Shown here piece by piece: positions 26,101-37,621 of a stretch of 64,000 bases of DNA. Made by a program: the position numbers and the translations under genes. Below the pieces are notes generated by a model. It ran no database searches. It was not told the origin of the DNA and worked only from the letters and a program-made list of their open reading frames with translations. Position 1 is the first letter of the stretch, and every line of letters begins with the position of its first letter. This DNA comes from Kudoa neothunni (lineage: Eukaryota > Animalia > Cnidaria): the NCBI GenBank assembly GCA_964304625.1, contig OZ199839.1, positions 11,128,847 to 11,192,846 of the forward strand, read 5' to 3'.

Positions 26101-28803
26101 AATGTATGTTTATAAATTGGATTCAAATTTTATTTAAATCACTCACGGCCCTGGATTCGTCCATAGACCCTAGGTTAAGAACTGCTGCTCTAATGTACCG
26201 AAAACCGACTGCATTCCATTCCGATGGACCCCTAGGTAGAAGACTAACCAGATTTTTATTTTATCGCTTATTACAACAAAATTCCCTAAGAAGAAATATT
26301 GAAGATTTTAGTGAATGTAAAATAGAATAAAATGTTATAGCGCAAATAAATTCGTTAATAATCCCGGTAATCCTACGAATATCAATTTCGTCAACAACCG
26401 CCGTATTAGCTTTTAATTCTGATTTTGATTGGCTGTGCGTTGCTCTAATTAACGCTTTTAATATTCAGATATTAATCTACATAATTCCTTAACTTATTTT
26501 TGTGTAATAAATAAACCGTATTTAGTGCAAACAAGACTCAGAAACATTCATTAGGTGGTTCTAACACCAAAATTTATTTTAAATTACGCACACAGCGTTG
26601 GTTTTTGAACAATTTTCTAGAAATAGGGATTTAAGGCGGTTTAAGATTTTTGGTTACAATGATTCACTCCATTAGTAAGCCATATAATAATTTCGCCATC
26701 GTGTCAAGAACTCCCTCCGAAAAATATCATCACCAAAAATCATTTTTATGTAGAATCACGTGATCGATTTACAGTTTTAAACAGTATATCTTAAAATCTA
26801 GACTGTAGAAAATCCTAAAATTCATCATTATTTACGCTAAAAAGTATTTCTTCTTTAATATTAGCAAAAACAATTGTGGGGTAGTTTTCTACCCCAAAGT
26901 CCATCGGAGGTTGGATAGTGCATATTTCAGTCAGTACAATAGATAAAAATTGTTATTTTATTCCAATATATAAATAAAATTATTTGGAAAGAAATACTAA
27001 TAATCTCAGAAAGTTTGAAATTGTAAGTAACGAATTATACACTAAACAAAGTCTCATTGGGATGGATTTCTACCCCCAATCCATTCGAGGGTTAAAAATA
27101 CTTGAAAACCTTCGATCTAGTAGGATAATCTAATGAAATAATTATATTGTGAAATTACTTTAAATTCATTAAATCGCTATATTTGTTTCCTTTTTTAAGT
27201 GTAAATTTCACATCATCGGAAATTGCAAATTGTAAATAGAAAATATGTAGATATTGGAAGTATTATAATGATTTTAATTGTGGGGCACTGCTCTTAAGAA
27301 TGTAATCATGAATCTGGTTGACTAAAATGATTTGATGCCCATTTTGCAAGTGACTACATTAAAATATAGATAACCAACGATGATATTCTTAAATATGTGA
27401 GAAAAAACTTGAAACACATTAGGAATGTGTTGTCTTCCGTGGGATTTGATGGTAGTTGATTTTTGTGCGATGTTTTTAAGTGGTATATCGTTTATGCGAT
27501 TAGAAAAACAATTAAACATTAAAGGAAATATTGAGAAAGAGACTTTCCCTGAGGATATTTTGGTATTGGACCATCATTTGTTTGTTAGCAGCAAACTGCA
27601 ATCTTTCACTGGTTTTGATCTGTCCACAAATTCGTATGATTCCAGCGAAACAAGGGTTGCGTTTTTGGGCTGGCTGATAGACAATGACCCGATTTTTAAA
27701 GTACTTACGAAGTTGACCAATTCCTTCTTGAGGAATTTTTAGAAAGGGGGATTCGAAAAGTTAATGAAATCACTTGAATACACACCAAAACCTCAAGCAA
27801 TTGTCAGTCAACATAAAAATATTGGAAGCGATAATCGACGCAACAAATCCAACCCTAATAAGGTACAATCTGTTTTCTACAAAAAACTAATCAATCCTCT
27901 ATTTCACCGAGACTTTTTGAGTTGATTTCTATTGATTTGTAGAGATCAATTAAACTTGTGATCATTTAACAAACAAACTTAATCATGATTGTTCGTTTAG
28001 AATAAAAAAGATCAAGCAAAATGTATATATGCAACCACTGCCGCTGTCATTGCTACCACTGTCCCAGCAACATCCAATCATTCAAAACTTCTCACTGTCA
28101 AAGGCAAATGCACTTTAACTCGACCAATGCAAACCGATGGAATGCTCTCGATCACCACACCTGATATATGCATTATTGAATATGGATCTTTGCGACATTC
28201 GTTGTACTCGGTGAGAAAAATCCTCAAAAATCCTTCCATTACAGTCGTCATCACCTCTAGTTGTAAGTTTCAACTGATTATCGTTTATTTGTAAAGATTT
28301 GTTGGTATGCGATTTTTGTAATAGGTGTATACAAGCTTGATATTTACAAGAAAAGTTGTCAAAACGCTAGGGATGCCGCCAAATTTATTGAAGGCGAAAT
28401 TTCCGCCGGAAACGGGTAATTTTTCGTCACATCTTTGTTGCACACCATATTATTGTATTGTATGTGTAAATTCCATGTATAGTAGATTAAAATTGCAAGA
28501 CGAAGACCACTTTATCATTGTCGATAAAAATGAAGTCCCCACAGGCCTTGGAAAGTTTGTTTTCATTAATAAACATTATGATCCAATATGTTTGGCATGT
28601 TTAGATTTTTCATTCCTCTAATTGAATGCGCTCTCTACTACAGAAATCACACACCTGCCTCAGTTGATATTACCGTGGTGCTTAGTTATCATGATTTTAA
28701 AAAAATCCAACACAATAAGTCACTCACTGATTATCTCCACGAAAAACTTATTGCCAAAAATATCAATTACGCCAATATTGAAGTGGTTTCGAAGAAAAAA
28801 TAA
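20109..28803 (+). CDS. SMG5: Nonsense-mediated decay factor SMG5 (EST1/TPR plus C-terminal PIN); many exons, ~4.5 kb intron ~22843-27369; middle exon boundaries uncertain; apparent homopolymer frameshifts
   Basis: AHPSKNNKKLMEFVWKKICY resembles SMG5 LHPxDYGRKAEELLWRKVYY; GDLYRY...AVKFYRRAF...YNQLG; LKMVVEWL; FPED; PIN-like PDICIIEYGSLRHSLYSVRKIL...VVIT...VYKLDIYKK...ARDAAKFIEGEISAGN. Confidence 0.82.
21710..21933. mobile_element. piggyBac-type MITE inside an SMG5 intron
   Basis: TTAA-CCCTTGGATTCGCGCG...CGCGCGAATCTAATGG-TTAG: imperfect TIRs with TTAA/TTAG flanks. Confidence 0.7.
23027..23161. repeat. ~135-bp short element, copy 2
   Basis: TGTAATG...CATTACA termini; flanks ATTAT/ATTAA; perfect 10-bp hairpin at 23080-23103. 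Confidence 0.55.
23493..23670 (+). mobile_element. hAT MITE, truncated 5' portion
   Basis: CAGGGTTTCTTAACCAGGGGTAAAT...AACATCAAAATTGGATA homologous to the other copies. Confidence 0.7.
24350..26036 (-). mobile_element. Second decayed pogo-like element, inside the large SMG5 intron
   Basis: TA-flanked TIRs CAGTGAGAAACCAATTTCGCG / GCGTGAAATTGGTTACTTTCTG; minus-strand remnants AIRDGFRCLKK and FVYHIDEN resemble the ASxGWFxRFK and IFNxDE motifs. Confidence 0.6.
26877..27095 (+). repeat. piggyBac-like end with repeated subterminal palindrome
   Basis: TGGGGTAGTTTTCTACCCCA and TGGGATGGATTTCTACCCCCA, ending GAGGG-TTAA; related motifs near 39678 and 53680. Confidence 0.5.
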
Positions 28804-31199
28804 CTACCTCCAAACATAACTAATAAAGTCAATTCACTAGTTTGATATTCACCTTCACTGAACATGGTCCGCTGATTATCTAATGTGATATCTATGTTCA
28901 GCCAATATCATACTCGACCTACTGACTTATTGACCGAATCCCATCTGCAATACAGTAGTTAACTATCTTGCTTCGTCTGACCCACGTTTACTCTTACTAT
29001 CTCAATAAATATCTAGTTTTGTTTCTTATTCGTTTTTGAATTCTCGTTCGTAACTTATTGGAGATTACGCTCACTACAGCAATTCGACGAGTAGTAAAAT
29101 GCGAGTTTTGTAGCTGAAATATTTAATAATAACAATTGGCTTTAACTGTATATTAATATAGATGATTTTCATTGAAATTAGTTACGAAAAGCGTTGATTT
29201 ACTTTTGCACATCTTGTTTATATAAAATCATTGGCTCCCTCAGCGGATATGTGATCTGAAGTGAAGGGATGCCAATTTTTTATTTTGTTTTTGACTTTTC
29301 ACTATCATATAATTGACAATAATGTTATGGGTTGTTCGATATTTTATTAAATATATTGATTGTGTCTTTACAATAAAATTCTTTGCGAAATCAGTGATTG
29401 TTAACTCTTATTAGATATTATCGATGTGTACTTGCTTAAATATTCTCTTTTAATATTATAAGTAAAGTTATGGATATAACACTAATACAGATGATTAAAA
29501 AAGGTTTTCTTAAGTTTTAACAACGGACACTTGATTTTGAGACGTTCGTATTATCAAATGATTATTATTATTATTAATGTTACTTAACATAGTTGATGGA
29601 ACCCTGATTTATAATTAGCTATAACCGCCTATTTCGTGATCTACAAACTACAATATTATTTTTCAATATTATTGTAACATATTTTTATGTCCCTAGGAGT
29701 TTTCAAGGATCGATTTTTTTATCACTGGTTCAAAATTTTCGTTCAGCATTATTATAAAGAGAATTTTTTGTTTTATGAGCGAATAATTGTTCGAATTTCG
29801 TAAAAATTATTCAAAAATTGAATGACATTATTTTTTGAAAATTTTAACCTTATTTATATTTATTGGTAGGTAATATAACGAGAAATTGATTTATCCGTTA
29901 ATTTCTGCCACCTAATTAATGATAAAGCCGAGCTTTTATTATTTACACTTGTGAAAAATATATTTGTTGAAAACAACATTTTATTTTTATGGATTATTTT
30001 GAAATTTTTACTTTTATATATATTCACACACAAATATTCAGATACACCAGTTCAAAATTCATTTTTTGAAAACCACATATTAATCAATCTAATAATTAGT
30101 ATCTTTGGAATTAGTCTTCAATGCGCAATTTTGTAGCTGATCAATAAAAACTTTACCCGAGATCGCCATTATCATGCTTATCAATCCATCGAGATAAGAT
30201 AGCGTCTTTTTTGTTATAATAAATCTAATATGGTGGAAAAAACTCCTCATTCGGATTGAAGAATGGAAGTGTGATGGAAATAAAAACTATCGATGGCTGG
30301 TAGGTTGAATTCTTTCCTTGTTAGTTACTTCTTATGAAATCTCACTCTGTCCATTACTACTACCTATTACCCACTATCCTTTTCATGCCGAAATTTTTTG
30401 TCTGCGATGTGAAGATAAGATATTACGTTAAAATAGCCAGTTCTAACGAAAAAAAAGTCAAAATGCTCAAAATAGAATTTTTTAGCCATTGTCATCAAAT
30501 TACAGATAAAAATGAAAAATTAATAAAATTCCTATTCCTATGTATCATAATCACGTAAACACTTCGCAGTGTCTTTAAAAATGCATTAAAAATTTATTAT
30601 ATATCTGATGATTTGTAAATAATGGCTTAATATAATACATATAATTTGCATCGATTAATTTTGTTGTGCATGTGCGTCAATTTCGATGTTAACTTTTTGA
30701 TTTTCAAAGCTTTTACCTATCACAAAATATTTAAAGCTGGAGCTTTTGAAAAGAAATACAGCAGATAATGTTTTAGTATATATATTTTTTCGTAAAAATA
30801 GATATATAATTATAAATAGTGATTTATTAGATAATTTACAACAATAATCCCTGCATAACTTTTTTTGATATATATATGGATATTTCAAAACCAGAACAAA
30901 TTATATTTAAGCAAAAACCAGTCATAGAATATATGACGAATATGGCTATTAATAAATGGTTTAAAACAGATATATTTTAAATTTTTAAATTCACATTATT
31001 TTGCCATAATTCACCAAAATGTGTTTACAATTGGTTTTAAAATAGATAAAAATCATCTAAAATTTTTAAAACTATTTGGAAAAAATATTTAAAATAAAGC
31101 GCCATGGAAAACCAATTTTTTCTCTTGTTTATCTAAAATTTAAATCAAAATTGGACACGAAAGGATTAAGGCATAAAAATACACTTGCAGGTTTGATTG

Positions 31200-31836
31200 A
31201 GAAATAGTTTATCTATCAACTACAAAAAACTCATTGGTATTGATTGATGGTTATATATTATTTATGCGAAATGTCCAAACTCATTTGAGGCTTATATCTA
31301 TTATCAACGTAATACTTTTGAAGCGGATGTTTTTTACCTTCGAATTTACTCTTGACTCTGGAAATGAGCTCCAAAATATTCTTCGTAGTGACCGATAAAA
31401 CCTCGATTCATCCATATAAATATATAAATGATAATGGAATCATTGAGATTAAATTAAAGATATTTTAACGCCTATCTACTCATATTTAAAATTATTTTTT
31501 AACATAATAATACAAATTTTTCTTGTTTCTATACAATCCTGAGAATTCCATCCAAGAGATACAATTGAAATTTTATTAGCGTATAATGAAAACACTATAA
31601 AAAATGGGTGCCCATTTTTCATAGAAATATCAACATCAAAACACTAGAGAAATATTTTGGTGATAAGATCCAAAAATAATTTTATATGTTCCTCTACAAG
31701 TTCGCAAATGTACACGTATAGATTTGAGCGAGTCTTGATCATCCGTTACCTCTTTTTCATTATTAGTAATTTTAATTCCATGATCATTCGGTTTTTTCTT
31801 TAAAATACACCAAATTTTTGATATACGAACAACCAT
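31200..31836 (-). mobile_element. Possible Tc1/IS630-like transposase relic
   Basis: Minus-strand YLYMDESRFYRSLRRIFW resembles the first catalytic Asp motif; heavily disrupted. Confidence 0.3.
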
Positions 31837-32494
31837 TTTTTTATATATTTGTTAGAGTATTGATATTAAAAGTAAATCGAGAATATACGAAAAACATTAT
31901 GAACTTAAGCTAGTGAAACTGCCATAGATTTCATATTGTTGGTTAAAATGACATTTTTCTTTCTCTTCATTCATATACAGGTTTGAATTATGGTCTCGAA
32001 ATTCTGAAATTGATCTAATATATGATTATAATAAATTAGATTCTATGTTCAGGCATAACAGTTATTTAAATGCTAATAATACACTCATAATGTATAACCG
32101 AAACTTTATTAACAACAAAAATAATTTGGGAGAATTTTTTAACTCAGAATTAGTCCAAAAAATAAAATTTTATTTTAACTAAACTCAACAAAAATTTTTC
32201 CTTTCGAGTTTTAATCAATCATCATAACGATAAACGAAGAATGATAGTTGAGACCTCAGTGTAAACTATTAACCACACAAAGTTATACGACCAACCAAAA
32301 ATGGTCGGAGGAGAAAGACCCCAAAATTAGCTAGAGGGTTTAAAATGAAGTTGACGTGTTAAAAACAAGAAAATATTAATTATCTAATACAGTTGTTATT
32401 TAATAAGTGAATAGTTGGTTCTAATAACTTTGAAGGATATAATCGTCAGTTTGTTAAATTAGATGTGTTCGCTCGTTTGCTAATTTATAAAAGA

Positions 32495-33587
32495 TTAAAA
32501 TCTATAAAAAAGCAAATACCTCGTCTCATATTGCAGATTAGTATCGAAAATCAATTGGTTTACCCCTCGAATACCGTGCATGAAATAGAAAAATGCTCTT
32601 TCACGAATGAGTTTCAAGCCATCAACTAGATTCGTATTGTAGATTGAACTGTGAGTATAATTTTTGTTGGTAGCAAAAGTAGCGTTGCAAAATCCCAACA
32701 GAAATCCAATATTTGCGTCTCCGTTTTGTAGATTAGTGCGATGATTCGAAGCATTCACGAGACAATTGAGCATATTAGCCCTGATAACATATCCACCTCC
32801 AGAACAGTAAGGAGGAAAGTGGATTCCAGATATTGTACTGAATGGTTCATAATTCTTATGACTCTTATCTCGAATAATCAACATATTTTTATTCCTAACC
32901 CAACTATAAAACAATCGTAAAGAACCAAACATACAACAATCCTTCATAGTCTATGTTGGAATCGACGATATCGGACAAATGTTGGATGTAGGGTACGATA
33001 TTCACATAGACATCATCGTCAGTTTTGACTATGAATTTCAAACTTTTTATGTTCTGTTCTATTGAGAAATATTAACGAAGCTATGAGTTTTTTGCCTAGA
33101 TTGCGATATTCTTCCTTAATACTATTGTGGGATAAACAGATCTCCGTAGAGGCTGTTCTCGTAGATAGCCGCTTTTAGAGTATCGTTATTTTTGAATCCG
33201 ACTTGGAAGTTGACAACATAACTCAAAGGGGTGGATAGAGCGTTCCGAGAGAAATGGGACCATACTGCTCTAATCGCACAGCGAGATATATAATCATCCA
33301 CTTTGGAATCCACTATGATGATCACTTGGGGATCTGCTTCATTCGGTTCAATATTAATAGCGCCTGTGCCATTTGTTTGAGCGTTTCGAAGGCAACTTTC
33401 AAATATAGTACTAGGATCCAATTTTCTACGTTCGAAAACAGTATCGGATTGTCTTTTAAATCCTACCCAAATGCATGGAACCAATGATAATGTAGTTGAC
33501 TGCAAAAACTGTCAGTAGAAGGCATCCAAACCACATGAATAAGATCAATCCGTGTCTACCCACTTTCTCTAAAAATTTTGAATTCAT
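32495..33587 (-). CDS. GT31 beta-1,3-glycosyltransferase (B3GALT-like), paralog A; three apparent +1 frameshifts
   Basis: Type II TM anchor; SRCAIRAVW; YGDLF; FIVKTDDDVYVN; FPPYCSGGGYV; NGDANIG; colinear with paralog B once single bases are removed. Confidence 0.85.
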
Positions 33588-34070
33588 CGCACTCCTAGGT
33601 AAATTTGGATAAATTATTCAATCTTTTCGGCTGTACGCCCAACTACGGAATTCTCCATATAATTGACGTGATATCAAATTAACACGTTCTATTATTGATA
33701 AAGGTGTCATGTAAACTGTTTGTACAAAGCATAATTGGCACATTTTAGCTTTAAAAATTATCAATGTTAACTGTTTACACCAACTATATTGGTAGGCAAC
33801 CTTAATAGGAACATCATCCTCATTTGATTCGAAATAGATTATTTAATTATTTACGTCATAATTCAAAATTAATATAGATTGTATACTTCAAGGATAATTT
33901 ATATTTAAATAATTGAAAAGAAGACGAATCCTAAATTAATTATTACAAATTTTGGTTTATCAAGGTGAATATTCGCTCATATTAAACAAAATATCAAAAT
34001 ATCACCAAAACTCCCGTCTAAATAATGTGTTAGTTGGTTAATTAGTAGATGGGTTATTTTAACATTCAGA

Positions 34071-35528
34071 TTATTTCCACCCAACGTTGCAAATAGACAA
34101 ACACATTGCATGGCTATCGAAATTGTTCAAGTTCATATTCAGCCCACCGAATGTGAATTCAGTGCAGGTGGAAGTACTAGGATCACTCTCCTCATATTTA
34201 TAATAAAAACCTCCTCAATCTCAGATTGCCATTTGTGTTATCGTCACCATCATTCACCTCACCGGATAGCGGTAGCTGACACACTGAAACCATTTCGGTT
34301 TGCGTGTAATGACTCACTATACATGCATTCATATTTTAGATGTTAAATCATCATAAGTGGTAACAAACTGTATCGGAAATTGTTAAAATACCTGCAGGAC
34401 AATAACTCATGCATAAATCCACTGATTTAAATCTGTTAACATTTGGATCGAACTCGTCGGGATCATCTTCCGACTCCGGTATCAGCGAATAATATGGTAG
34501 GCACGCTTTTAGAGAATAATTGTAATAGTAATATCTTTTGACCTGAGCTTCATCCGCTAGAATATTGAGATCGGTTGTAAATTTTCTTTGAAGGGGTGGA
34601 TTCCGCTTGCAAGCGTTAATAATATTTTCATCACCTAAATTTCGAGTAAAAATAATAATAGTGGTCTCGAATTTTGCTCCACCTACCTAGACATAAACTA
34701 ACACATTGAGACAAATGCTTTAGTTCTCGTTTGGTTTTCAACCCATTTCCAAACGCTTGATAGTAGCATTGCTTTTTTTTCGTAATCTGGTACAATGCCC
34801 ATTCTCGGGTTGCCTATATCTACTTCGTAGGTAATGCCGCAGTCGAATCTATTTGGAATTCGATAAAAACTCTGCCCATCGTGAGTGATGGCATTGGAGT
34901 CAACTGTATTTCTCCCGCCACCAGCATCCACTATTCTATGTGTTATTAGTCGTCTCTACTAATGTCTACCTTTGCATGCCATCTCACATTCTTCTTTGGT
35001 GAGAAAATTGTTCGGGTTGCCACCACAACCAGAATAATGGAATTCTAAACAATTCCCCAAGAGTGTAGGATCTTTATTGGCGGCATAGTAATATCTTAAT
35101 TTGAATTTTGTATCCGTTATCTCACAGGCGCCTTTATCTGGTTCCAATGAACAACTGTCTGCCTGATCGTAAGGAGTAAACTTTTCTAAAATAAAACATA
35201 TGAGATTATACAACATCCACTCATATGACTAAACAGAATTGATTACTGTGTGCCTCACAGTCACTTTCTTTGGCGTAATTATTCAAATTCCCACCCATTC
35301 CTCTATACATAAATAATTCACATTCAGACGTTGTTTTGTTGATGAAATATCGATGGGTTAAGCTTGAATTGGGATGACCAGGATCAGGATACACTCCTAC
35401 GTCCAAGTCGTACGATGGCAATGGGTAAACTTTAATTTTTATTACAGTATTACGAAGAATAATTTATATAGATTACATTGCCTTGATATAGGTATAATCC
35501 AATTAAATATAGATATAAGTAGAAGCAT
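34071..35528 (-). CDS. Putative secreted five-domain Kunitz/BPTI protein (6 exons; two apparent +1 frameshifts)
   Basis: Hydrophobic leader exon, then one Kunitz-like domain per exon joined by phase-1 introns. Domain 2 is canonical ([10 protein letters not shown]...RYYY...[26 protein letters not shown]); others include CLPY...[13 protein letters not shown] and CTEFTFGG...[13 protein letters not shown]. Confidence 0.85.
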
Positions 35529-36329
35529 TCTTTAACTATATCAATAAGGGGATAGTCTTAACTTTTTTTTCGATCACTTTAGTTGAACCAAATTCTTCCA
35601 GAATTAAAATCCTTTCAAGCCTCTTATGATACATGCATTTAATAAATCTCATTGGAATTCCGTTATTTTTGGCAAAGTTAAAGATTCGGAATAAAATTTT
35701 TATTTGTGTTCATAAATTTATACAAGTAATTTCTATTGCTATTATTTATTTAATTGGATAAGTTTGTGAAAAATAAATTCCAAATAGCTTTTAAATATTA
35801 GAATATTTAATTAACATGAGAAAACTTATTACCACCTATCCATTAATCCCAAATGTCGTTTGGTATTCAAATTTATTGACGAATCAGTTCATTATTAATT
35901 TAAGCGGTGAATTAAAAAATTTTTTTAATAATTTTTTATTTATTTACGCTCATTTTAAAATATAAGGAATTATTCGGAGATCTTTTTTTACCCATAGAGT
36001 AAAATAATAGCTCCCTGAGCAAATATCAATCATTTTTGACATCCCTGTATAGTTGAAATGTTAAATGTTAGGTAAGGTATTCGAACCCTAACGTGAGCCA
36101 ATCGGTAATAATAAAACTTATTTACAATTATCCATTTATACTATTCATAATTCATTTTTTTCAGTTTTATTATTTGTTTGATAAATATAATTTTTGTGTA
36201 TAAGTGAGTTACTTCAGATTACAATAATATATATTAATGCAGATATTTTTGAATTTAAAAATTAAATAAAAAGTTTCCCCATATTTGAAACGAATTAAAT
36301 GTTGTAATCCTAAGTTGCTAATCAGACTT

Positions 36330-36760
36330 TAAACCACCGATTAGAATATGTCATTTTTTGCAGAGATACGTTATTTAACAAAATATTATTTGGAGGAGGT
36401 TTCAGCGAATTAAAGATTGACGAATAGAATATAACTCGTTGACTAATGATATGAAATTTCTTAATTTATTCACAGAGAGGTAGTTTTATTAGTCACAAAT
36501 GATCCATTATAAATAAAATGATTGAACTTACTCACAACATCAAATCATTGAGTAGTTCATCCTACATTTTAATGGAAGGTAAAAAAACACGTTGAATTTA
36601 TTTGTTTACAGATTCGATTTTTTAAATTAATTTGAACTAAAAGTATTAGCGATCTTCATGTTTATTATTATAGCATGGATTCCTATATCAAATAATTGTT
36701 TGTAATTAGAATCAGGTCATCTGACTTAATAACTCAAAAACTAAAAGTTTTAAAATTTTA
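36330..36760 (+). mobile_element. Possible Merlin (ISXO2-like) transposase relic
   Basis: LFGGGFSELKIDE resembles the GGxGxxVEIDE motif; otherwise heavily decayed. Confidence 0.3.
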
Positions 36761-37208
36761 GACGTATCAATGTTATATTTATTGATAAATCAGCAAGTGG
36801 TGTGCTTCTAAACCTTGTGAAAGACGGTCCAAAATAACAATTAAATTGATCATAAAAAATTCCAAAATTATATTACTTAAGTCTTAACTCTACTCATAGT
36901 AAATCATAAAATAAGGAATCGATTTTTATATAGTCATTAATTTTAGTATGAGTTTAAAAGTTTTATTAATTTATTAATAAAGATTATAATCTTTTTTTAA
37001 TTCATTTAATTTGGTGAGTTATTAAATTTATATAAATCAGAAATTCTCAATTGATTAAAACCCACAAATAGTTTAACGAACAAAAAATCGTCTGAATAAG
37101 TTAACAATAATATCAACGTTATAGTAATCATCTACAAATTCGATTAACTTAATCTAACTAATAAAAATTCTCTCAAATTCCTAACATACATATACATATG
37201 AATTTTCC

Positions 37209-37209
37209 A

Positions 37210-37241
<32 letters not shown>
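37209..37241. repeat. (AAT)n microsatellite
   Basis: About 11 AAT units seen directly. Confidence 0.9.
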
Positions 37242-37244
<3 letters not shown>

Positions 37245-37621
37245 TAATCAAAGTCACAATCATAAATAATTTAAAACACGCGCACGCATTATCAAAGAAA
37301 TTATGTTCGTTAATTTTGATAACTGAATATGAATATACGAAACTAAATACTTTTTTACATATTGACTATTTGTATTAATAAATTGTATTTTTCAGCCAAA
37401 GTGAACCTTATTTAGATTTTATTCGGCAGATGTGACCATGTTAAAAAAAATTTGTGTTTATTTACATTGAAAATAAATGAATTTTTATTATTAACGACGA
37501 TATAATTTAGAGAAATGTTACATCAATGTGGTTCAGAATTCGAGATGAGATACGTCCAAATTTAGTTTGATGTTTCCTGTGTGTGTGTGCGCGCATTGGG
37601 CGAACAATTTCCATATTCCTT

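Noticed and set aside
28867-28901. Possible 3'UTR intron ~63 nt after the SMG5 stop (NMD autoregulation)
   Set aside because: Weak donor, only 35 nt, and an AATAAA lies upstream at ~28822; unsupported without transcripts.
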